Virus record (IMG/VR): IMGVR_UViG_3300030380_000755
Span: 1-62,335 of that record
DNA: 62,335 bases
Origin: a virus
Lineage: Duplodnaviria > Caudoviricetes
Strand: one strand, 5' to 3'
The position numbers and the translations under genes were made by a program. Numbering within the stretch: position 1 is the stretch's first letter; every line of letters starts with the position of its first letter. The notes beneath the pieces were generated by a model. The model was not told the DNA's origin. It worked only from the letters and a program-made list of their open reading frames with translations, and searched no databases. This document shows positions 1 through 8,300 of the stretch, piece by piece.

Positions 1-114
1 CAACGAATTATGGGAAGAAGTAGACATGATCCATGAAGATATGGGCGGTATGGCTTCTCATATGATGGAAATCATTAAGATTCAGGCTCGTGTTAAGACC
101 CTAGAAGGCACGTT
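1..114. repeat. Terminal overlap, copy 1 (matches 62222-62335)
   Basis: Manual alignment of both ends: 114 nt, 8 mismatches, same reading frame (NELWEEVDMIHEDMGG... vs NEIWDEVDMIHEDMGG...). Confidence 0.95.
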
Positions 115-157
115 GGAGTATCTTACACGGTCTCCTATGCATTCGGATGCTAGATAA
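2..157 (+). CDS. C-terminal part of the membrane-anchored coiled-coil protein that starts at 61974 (possible spanin-like lysis protein)
   Basis: Frame from nt 2 continues the 61974 ORF across the circular junction and ends at TAA 155-157, overlapping the next ATG. Confidence 0.7.
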   Translation, partial: NELWEEVDMIHEDMGGMASHMMEIIKIQARVKTLEGTLEYLTRSPMHSDAR

Positions 158-351
158 TGGAACAGACTATCGAAACCTTTAATGGTACTAAGAACGTAGA
201 GGTAAACACAATTTCTAGTCAAGGTGATGTTCAAGCGGGTATTGAGTTTATATATCATATGCGAGAACATCTTTTAGATGTTGCTGTAGCCACGACTTTT
301 GGTCTTATTGTGTATGGTATAATTTTATTTATGAAAGCGAAAATCAAATGA
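157..351 (+). CDS. Small membrane protein, possible holin/lysis accessory
   Basis: C-terminal hydrophobic helix followed by basic tail; overlaps the endolysin start. Confidence 0.55.
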   Translation: MEQTIETFNGTKNVEVNTISSQGDVQAGIEFIYHMREHLLDVAVATTFGLIVYGIILFMKAKIK

Positions 352-986
352 GTAAAGCAATGAAAGCCTTGCAAGAACGCTGCGGAGTAACTCCTGACGG
401 AGCTTTTGGACCCAATACAGCAAGAGCAATTTCTAGACATTATGAACTATCTCCAGAACGTGCGGCTCACTTGTTAGGTCAGTCTGCGCACGAAAGTGGG
501 TATTTTAAACTTACGGAAGAAAATCTTAATTATTCTGAAGACGCATTAAATCGTGTTTTTGGTCGTTATTTTGGTGGAGGTAAAGAGGACGCATCTGAAT
601 ATGCGCGTAATCCACAAAAGATCGCCAACTATGTGTATATGGACAAGCATAGATCAAAGGGCGGTGCGCTCGGAAATGTTGAGGAAAATGACGGTTTCGC
701 TTTCCGAGGCCGAGGATTTTTGCAATGCACGGGCCGTACAAATTACCGAAAGTTTGCATCAGAAATGAGATTACCTGACGTAATGAAAGACCCTGATCTT
801 GTGGCTACAGACTACGCATTTGAAAGTGCATACTGGTTTTTTAAACGCAATGGTCTTTTTAAAATAGCAGATAAAGGTGTAAACGACGATGTAATCACAG
901 AGATTACTCGTAGGGTAAATGGCGGAACGCATGGTTTGGATGACAGGCTTGAAAAGACCAAAAAAATTTACGGTTGGTTAATTTAA
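348..986 (+). CDS. Endolysin, glycoside hydrolase family 19, with N-terminal peptidoglycan-binding segment
   Basis: Motifs LQ..GV.PDG.FGPNT, Q.AHES, ENLNYS, RGRGFLQCTGRTNY, ITRRVNGGTHGLDDR. Confidence 0.9.
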   Translation: MSKAMKALQERCGVTPDGAFGPNTARAISRHYELSPERAAHLLGQSAHESGYFKLTEENLNYSEDALNRVFGRYFGGGKEDASEYARNPQKIANYVYMDKHRSKGGALGNVEENDGFAFRGRGFLQCTGRTNYRKFASEMRLPDVMKDPDLVATDYAFESAYWFFKRNGLFKIADKGVNDDVITEITRRVNGGTHGLDDRLEKTKKIYGWLI

Positions 987-1007
987 ACTTATAGATTAAG
1001 GTGTAAC

Positions 1008-2855
1008 ATGTCCCTAAAAAAGCTACTTTTAAAGTCTGGTGTGAACCGCGAAAACACACGCTACACAAGCGAAGGTGGCTGGTACGAGTGTGATAAGATA
1101 CGTTTTCGACAGGGTACACCTGAGAAGATAGGTGGTTGGCAACGTATATCTGCTACCACGTTTCAAGGTGTATGTAGGTCATTGTGGAACTGGGTAACAT
1201 TAGGTAGTCAGAACCTTATTGCTGTTGGCACTAACCTAAAATACTACATTGAGAACGGTGGAGCATATAGCGATATCACCCCATTACGTGCTACAGTAAC
1301 GCTTACAAACCCGTTTGCAACAACTTCTGGTTCTCCTATAGTTACGGTTACCGATGCAAATGGTGGATATACGGATGGAGATTATGTTACCTATAGTGGC
1401 GCTAGCGCCGTAGGTGGACTTACGCTAAATGGTGAATACCAGCTAACGTTGACTACTACAACTAACGAATACACAATAGATGCAGGTTCTGCGGCTTCTT
1501 CTACTGCAACGGGTGGTGGTACGGTTACAGCGGCGTATCAGATTAACGTCGGCACCGCGTTTGCTATCCCACTTACAGGTTGGGGCGCAGGTTCTTGGAG
1601 TTCAGGTATTTACGGTGTAGGCGTAACCTCTACAGAGTCTATCAGGCTTTGGAGTGAATCTAATTTTGGCGAAGACCTTGTTTTTGGTCCTCGCGGCGGC
1701 GGAATGTACTACTGGGACGCAAGCAACGGTTTAACTACACGAGGTGTAGAACTATCATCCCTTGGAGGCGCGAGTAATGTGCCCACAAGCCAGAAACTTA
1801 TAGAAGTGTCCGACATCAATCGTTTTGTGTTTGCGTTTGGTGCAAATGAGTTTGGTACTGCTACAGTAAACCCTATGTTGGTGCGTTGGTCAGATCAAGG
1901 TAGCGCGATAGACTGGACACCTTCTGTTACGTCACAGGCAGGGTTTCTTACATTATCTAACGGCACAGAGATAATTGCCGCAAAACAAGCACGACAAGAG
2001 GTATTGGTATGGACTGATTCCGCGCTGTATTCTCTACAATATGTGGGCGCTCCTGTAGTATGGTCAGCACAGCTTGTTGGTGAAAACATATCTACAGCAG
2101 CACAAAACTGTGTAGCCTATGCTAACGGTGTAGCCTATTGGATGGGTAAAGATAAGTTCTACAAATATGACGGGCGTACTCAACCATTACGCTGTGACCT
2201 ACGAAAGTTTATTTTTGGTAACTTTAATGAGCAACAGTATGAGCAAGTATTTGCAGGGACTAACGAATCTTATCACGAAATATGGTGGTTCTATTGTTCT
2301 GCAGACGCAACAGCTATAGATCGTTATGTGGTATATAACTACCTAGAAGATATTTGGTACTATGGCACAATGGCGCGTACTGCATGGCTTGATTCCGGTC
2401 TACGGGGTAATCCTCTGGCAGCTACGTACTCACACAACCTTGTAAACCACGAGGAAGGTGTAGATGACAACGAGACAGCCACCACTGCGGCGATACACGC
2501 GTTTATTGCTTCTGCAGAGTTTGATTTAGAAGACGGTCACCAGTTTGCATTTATCTGGCGTATATTACCCGATATACGGTTTGACGGGTCTACAACGGGT
2601 TCCCCTAGTGCAACAATGACGTTACTACCACTTGCTAATTCTGGTTCTGGTTATAATGATCCCTTGTCGGAAGGTGGAAGTAACTCAAGTGCGATAACGC
2701 GTACGGCTGTACTTCCTGTGGAAGCATATACAGGACAGATATACACTCGCGTGCGCGGTAGGCAGCTTGCTATGAAGGTAGAATCTACTGATGAAGGTGT
2801 TACATGGCAGCTTGGTTCGCCGCGAATTGACATGCGTCCTGATGGGAGGCGATAA
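1008..2855 (+). CDS. Tail hub / DNA-stabilisation (P22 gp10-like nozzle) protein
   Basis: 615 aa, beta-rich, VRWSDQ motif, position ahead of the ejection proteins. Confidence 0.65.
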   Translation: MSLKKLLLKSGVNRENTRYTSEGGWYECDKIRFRQGTPEKIGGWQRISATTFQGVCRSLWNWVTLGSQNLIAVGTNLKYYIENGGAYSDITPLRATVTLTNPFATTSGSPIVTVTDANGGYTDGDYVTYSGASAVGGLTLNGEYQLTLTTTTNEYTIDAGSAASSTATGGGTVTAAYQINVGTAFAIPLTGWGAGSWSSGIYGVGVTSTESIRLWSESNFGEDLVFGPRGGGMYYWDASNGLTTRGVELSSLGGASNVPTSQKLIEVSDINRFVFAFGANEFGTATVNPMLVRWSDQGSAIDWTPSVTSQAGFLTLSNGTEIIAAKQARQEVLVWTDSALYSLQYVGAPVVWSAQLVGENISTAAQNCVAYANGVAYWMGKDKFYKYDGRTQPLRCDLRKFIFGNFNEQQYEQVFAGTNESYHEIWWFYCSADATAIDRYVVYNYLEDIWYYGTMARTAWLDSGLRGNPLAATYSHNLVNHEEGVDDNETATTAAIHAFIASAEFDLEDGHQFAFIWRILPDIRFDGSTTGSPSATMTLLPLANSGSGYNDPLSEGGSNSSAITRTAVLPVEAYTGQIYTRVRGRQLAMKVESTDEGVTWQLGSPRIDMRPDGRR

Positions 2856-3472
2856 TGCCTAGCGAGATTGATAGGGTAGTCCCACCTGCACTTCCGCTAG
2901 CACCTGAAGGGTATGATCGTCCATACATGGATCAGAACAGCAACGTGTTACGTTTGTTTTTTAATCGCCTTGTTAACTCATTAAACACCTTACTTAGCAC
3001 TGATGTTGGAGGTAAGTTTTTATATAACCCGTGCGCAGCGTTCCATAGCACACAGGATCAAACAGCCTCGTCCACAAACACGGGGTATGCGGTTACATTC
3101 AACAATACCTCGTATAGCAATGCCATTACGTTATCAAATAACAGTCGAATAAACGTACAAAACCCCGGTATATACAAGTTCGACGTTACGCTGCAGTTAG
3201 AACACAATAACTCTAGTGAGACACCTGTAACCGTTTGGGAACAAAAGAACGGTAGTGCGATAGCGTATTCGGGGCATATGTTTGACGTAAAAGGTAATGA
3301 TGACTACGTTATACACTGGGGGTTTACTGTTTCTTTGGTAGCAAACGACTACATAGAGGTTTATTGGGCAACAGGAGACACCCAGTTAAATTTACACACA
3401 GAAGCCGCTACGTCTCCACATCCCGGGATACCGTCTGCGTCTATAGACATCTCCTTTGTAAGTAACGTATAG
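2855..3472 (+). CDS. Putative tail needle/plug protein with C-terminal beta-sandwich knob
   Basis: N-terminal LP.AP..Y plus helical segment, then a beta-rich C1q/BclA-like domain; follows the hub gene. Confidence 0.45.
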   Translation: MPSEIDRVVPPALPLAPEGYDRPYMDQNSNVLRLFFNRLVNSLNTLLSTDVGGKFLYNPCAAFHSTQDQTASSTNTGYAVTFNNTSYSNAITLSNNSRINVQNPGIYKFDVTLQLEHNNSSETPVTVWEQKNGSAIAYSGHMFDVKGNDDYVIHWGFTVSLVANDYIEVYWATGDTQLNLHTEAATSPHPGIPSASIDISFVSNV

Positions 3473-3501
3473 TAAAAGCACCCTTAACAAATAGGTGCAA
3501 A

Positions 3502-3789
3502 ATGGACTTTATAGAGCTGTTCGACGCGTGTGTACAGGAAACTAAACCACGCTTAGACAAATATACTAAACCCACATCATTAGATGTTACCTTAAAAGAA
3601 GAAGATATTGGGCTGGATAGCCTAGACGTAACGCTTACGTTTGTCATGTTGTTTGAAATATATGGCATTCCAGAGACAGAAGATTTTAGCGTGCCCACCG
3701 AATCATTACGACATGTACGAGATTATATGTGGGATAACAAACAACGAGACTTCGATACTGTAAAAGCAGCTATGGAGGCTGTAATATGA
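3502..3789 (+). CDS. Acyl carrier protein
   Basis: 95 aa, acidic, DIGLDSLD phosphopantetheine-attachment motif (Ser40, codon 3619-3621). Confidence 0.88.
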   Translation: MDFIELFDACVQETKPRLDKYTKPTSLDVTLKEEDIGLDSLDVTLTFVMLFEIYGIPETEDFSVPTESLRHVRDYMWDNKQRDFDTVKAAMEAVI

Positions 3790-4898
3790 TTTATTTATCC
3801 AAATTTTACAATAACTATGCCGAAAACACTACGTTGGTTGATGATGTACCGTTTCCACAACATGCGCATATACTCCTTGAAACTTTTAAACGTGCTAAAT
3901 CTGGGTTGAAATATCCGCCGCATACGTTGTTAGAAACAGTAATAACCGACGAAGCCATAAATTACGTGTTGGATAACCCCGTAAAAGGTAAGACCGCATT
4001 TATCTTTGCTGCAGGCAATCAAGGTTGGATGGCTAACAATGGACGTTATGATAAAAATGATGCTGCGGAATTACATTACAAAGTAAAGCTACCGTTTATT
4101 GTATTAACAAATATATACGCGGGGCGTGTGGCTAGTATGTTTCACGTGCACGACCACGTATCCACGGACGCTAGCGCGTGCGCGTCTAGTTTAAAGGTAA
4201 TGATGGACGTACAAAATCTTATGAATAACTTTGGGTTTGACCGTGTTATTGTGCTTAGTGGCGAAGATGCCGTTAACAATTTAACCTTAGAGTTTTTTGG
4301 TGAGGCAGGGGCTAGCTTGCAGTACAAAGACGAAGAACGCATAAAACCATCCGCGTTTGACAAGGTTAATCAAGGCTTTTTCTTAGGGCAAGGCGCAGCA
4401 CTATGTATATTTGAAAAACAACATGCTGGACTAACTAAACCTAGAGCCGCGTTTCTTGGCGCATATACATCTGCGGAAGACAATACAAACCCTCTTGGAC
4501 AACGTTCAGACGGCGAAGGCTATTCAAAAGCCATAGAAGGTGCTCTACACATTTCTTGTGTCCCAGCTTCACTTGTACAGGTGGTGAAAACTCATGGGAC
4601 AGGTACAGAAGTCAATAATAAAGCAGAAAAAGCCGCATTACAACGTAGTTTGGAGAAATTTGTGGCTACATCATACAAACAACGAATAGGCCATACTATG
4701 GGCGCTAGCGGGTTATTAGAGACAGGACTGTTGCTAAATGACATGGAATGCGGTATTGTACCACAAATCCTCAACAGGACTGAAGACGATGACGTGTTTT
4801 TGTCCTACGATGCGCCAGCCCCTCAAGGGCCATTTCTTAGTCTAGCCGCTGGCATGGGTAATATCTATTCAGCCGCAATTTTTTCTACGGAGGTGTAG
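3786..4898 (+). CDS. Beta-ketoacyl-ACP synthase (FabF/FabB-like, divergent)
   Basis: Catalytic triad motifs SACASS (Cys132), THGTGT (His270), KQRIGHTMGASG (His303); also AFD...QGFFLGQGAA. Confidence 0.92.
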   Translation: MIYLSKFYNNYAENTTLVDDVPFPQHAHILLETFKRAKSGLKYPPHTLLETVITDEAINYVLDNPVKGKTAFIFAAGNQGWMANNGRYDKNDAAELHYKVKLPFIVLTNIYAGRVASMFHVHDHVSTDASACASSLKVMMDVQNLMNNFGFDRVIVLSGEDAVNNLTLEFFGEAGASLQYKDEERIKPSAFDKVNQGFFLGQGAALCIFEKQHAGLTKPRAAFLGAYTSAEDNTNPLGQRSDGEGYSKAIEGALHISCVPASLVQVVKTHGTGTEVNNKAEKAALQRSLEKFVATSYKQRIGHTMGASGLLETGLLLNDMECGIVPQILNRTEDDDVFLSYDAPAPQGPFLSLAAGMGNIYSAAIFSTEV

Positions 4899-4899
4899 A

Positions 4900-5367
4900 G
4901 TGGCGACTGTAATAGACAGTAAACAAACACAATTAGAACCTGCGCAGATCATACTAAAATTTGCGGAGGATTATAACGATACGGGGTACCCTGTTGAGGC
5001 TGTTGCGGCGGGTGTAATAAAAGAGGTAACAATGCCCGACACCGATCTGGTGCAATTTGGTAATACCGCATTTATTGGGCATAGAGGTAAAGGTAAAAAT
5101 AAAGACCTTATGTGGGGACGTGGTTTAACTGTAGACACCGCACAAAACTTCATTGCGGCAGGACTAAAGTATTTTACTCATTTACAAAATATAGGCATAA
5201 AACGTTATACTACAGATTATAATGGTGATATATATGATAGTGCGTTTAGAACGTGGAAACGGTACGCAGATCGCGTCGATACTAAGATTGCCGTAGGACG
5301 TAAAGCTAACGGTGGTTCTAGGGCGTATGTTACTTTGGGAGAAATGCCATTGAGTGAGATAACTTAA
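4900..5367 (+). CDS. Hypothetical protein, possible GNAT-like acyltransferase
   Basis: 155 aa alpha/beta pattern, GTG start with GGAGG SD; occupies the slot where many podoviruses carry an acetyltransferase-like gene before the ejection proteins. Function is inference. Confidence 0.45.
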   Translation: MATVIDSKQTQLEPAQIILKFAEDYNDTGYPVEAVAAGVIKEVTMPDTDLVQFGNTAFIGHRGKGKNKDLMWGRGLTVDTAQNFIAAGLKYFTHLQNIGIKRYTTDYNGDIYDSAFRTWKRYADRVDTKIAVGRKANGGSRAYVTLGEMPLSEIT

Positions 5368-5368
5368 T

Positions 5369-8300
5369 ATGCCGATTGGTGAACTAATAAGCGATGTAAT
5401 CGGTGGCGCTGCAGACCTCGTAGGAGATGTTGTTGGTCTCGTTGGTGATGCGGTTGAGTGGGTTGTAGATGAAATAATAGAGCCTGTAGTGAGTGGCATT
5501 GGTGATGTTGTTGAGTATGCGCTCGACAATCCCATTGAAGCTCTTGCAACATTAGCAGTTACTGTGGCCGCGCCGTACGCCGCGCCTTTTCTTGGTACTA
5601 CAGCTACCGCATTAACGGGCGCTGCTAAATGGGTAATACCGTTGGCTAGCGGCACGCAAACCTTGGTTAACGGTGGTAGTATTAGTGATGCTGTTAAATC
5701 CGCTGCCATTAGTTTCGCGGGTACATATGCGGGTAAAATAGCTGGAACCTATATTAATCCTACAATAGAAAATATAACGTCCAAAGCCATATCTAATACA
5801 AAATTAGCAAGTACAGTGTCTAACGTGTTAGGCGCAGGTACAAAGTCCGCTACTAAAACTTTTGTACGAACTGGTGATTTAAAAGCAGCAAGCACCGCGT
5901 TTACTCAATCCGTAGCTCTTGGAGGTGTGAATGCAGGGTTAGAAGCCGCAACAGATGCGGTTATGGGTAATATTAATGATACCTTGCAGAAAACTGGATT
6001 TGGTAAAGAATTTAATGATCTTTCTTCGGGGATCAAAGATTCAATTTATACTAGTGTAGCCGCAGAAATTACAGGGCAAAACTTATCTACACAACAAATA
6101 GTAAACGCGTTAGATTCTAATGGTTTTGTTACAGACCTTATTAATAAATACGTACCTGTAGCAAGTTTTATGGATGGGTTTATAGAGGATGCTAAAGTTA
6201 GGCTAGGCAAAGATTTATCAGCTACACAGATACAACTTCTATCCGATGCAATGTCAGCAAGTTGGGAGAAAGCAAAAGAAGGAAATCCCGATTTAACAGG
6301 CGAGGCGTTCTTTGGTAGCTTGCAAGAAGACGCATACGAAGAGTTAATTGATACTATTAGTGATCCTATCGATGCAGCTTTAGACAATATTACAGGAAAT
6401 GCAGCTAGCGCAGAATTAGCTGCAGCACCACTTAATGAAGCTATTAGAAAAAGCGCTGAAGCAGCAGCTAACTTCAATGAATTGACAGGGCAACTAACCG
6501 AACGAATTGCGGAACAAGAACGATTACAAGGTGTATACGATGATGCAAGAGCGCAGCATAATGCTAACCCGTCGCAAGCAACAGCAGATGCCGTTAACAC
6601 CGCAGCGGCGGCATTCAACGATCACACAATAAATTTAAATGCAGACTACCCAAGTATCAAAGAGCAATTGGACGAATACAAAGCTCAACACGATAAATAT
6701 GAGCCTACGATAGAAGGCTTACAAGAAACGTATGACGAAGAATCTAAATATCTTATATCTGACATTGAAGATTTAGATGCTGCGCTTAAACCTATGTTAA
6801 CAGGTGTAGATCGAATAACTGCTATTGCGTTACGTCCCGGCATTGATGAAAATGGATACAGGGAAGCTATGGGGCTTGGTCCTGACGAAGATGTTTATGG
6901 ACATTACTTAGCGAATCAAAAATTAGCAGACAATATTATTGCTGCAGACATTGCAGCGGGCTACGTCAACATGGCAAATAATAACATATCTTCGGATAGT
7001 CTACCAAACATACCTAGCGAAATAACCCGTCCCACTATCTATGGTGCGCCTAAAGGGTTAACAATACCTGACAGCCCTGACGCACTAAACATAGATTTTA
7101 CTGCGCCAAAACCACCTGTAGTATATAGCGGACGTGGCGGCGATCCACGAGATTATGGATTAACAGAAGAAGAAGTAGCTGAATACATGGCAGATAATAT
7201 TGCTGCAGGTGTGTTTGACACGTTTAAAACAACCGCATCAGACCTATACAGAAATTTTACATCAGGCGGGGCAGAAGCTGGTGCTTACACTGTGGGCGGA
7301 TTTGGTACGTTTGCAGACGAAATAGCAGAAAATATGATTGATGCATTTAATGTAGACTACTCAGACGCTGAAGCTATTTTCTACAACAGTCTTGCAGTAC
7401 AATACGACCCAAATCTAACGGACGACGAAAAAGCTGAAGCACTGGCGCAAAACACTGCTGCATATCTTGCAGCAACAGAAAAAATAAAGGCGGAACAAGG
7501 TTCTACCGTTACTGTTTTTTCATCGTACACTGATCCATTAAAAAAATATATTATGGACATTAGCGATGCGGAGGAGGCCAAAATATCTCCTGAAATGCAG
7601 GTCCGCCAATACAATGCACTACCTGCACCCGATACTACTTGGGAACAAATTCTTTCAGGAAAAGCTAAAGACCGTCTTGGGCGTCCCTATGGGTTTGGTG
7701 ATCCTCTTGCAACGGTGATGTCTGGAGTACAAGAACTTCCCGACCTTGCGGTTGATATGGCGCTACTTGCTATAACTAAAAACCCTGCAATATTAGGTGG
7801 TACCGTAGCGGTAACGAGTATGGCAGAGGCGGGAGACGCCGCAGCGGATGAGATTGAAGAAGCGCTTACCAATGCGCGTGCGTCAGGGGAGCTACAAAAA
7901 ACACAAGAGTTTGCCGATTTAGTACGAGTATTTGATGGAGATGAAGACGCTGCGTTTGAAAGACTAGTAGACCAAAGTATGGGGTATGCTGCCACAACAG
8001 GTGTTATTGGTGGTATTGGGGACGTTGTTTTAGGTAAGATTGCAGGCGCTAGTGGTGGATCTAAATTACTATCTACAGTTCCTGTTGGTCTACAGACGGT
8101 AGTTAAAACAGGTACAGGCGGTGTTTCTGGGGGTATTAACGAAGCTGTAGAACAAGTACCTATAAACATGGCGCAGATTGATGCTGGGTTAGATGTTGAC
8201 ATTGATTCAGGTACTGGCGCAGCGTTTTTAGTCGGTTTATCAAGCGAGGGCACTGCAACTGCAGGGGCGGCGTCTCTCACAGCTATTACTGACACAGTAA

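Noticed and set aside
3478-3498. gcacc/ggtgc hairpin over the ACP ribosome-binding region
   Set aside because: Only 5 bp with an 11-nt loop, which could easily be chance.
3502-4898. Host fab operon fragment or chimeric contig
   Set aside because: The genes are tightly coupled to phage genes, are divergent from canonical AcpP/FabF and lack fabD/fabG neighbours. Read coverage should still be checked.
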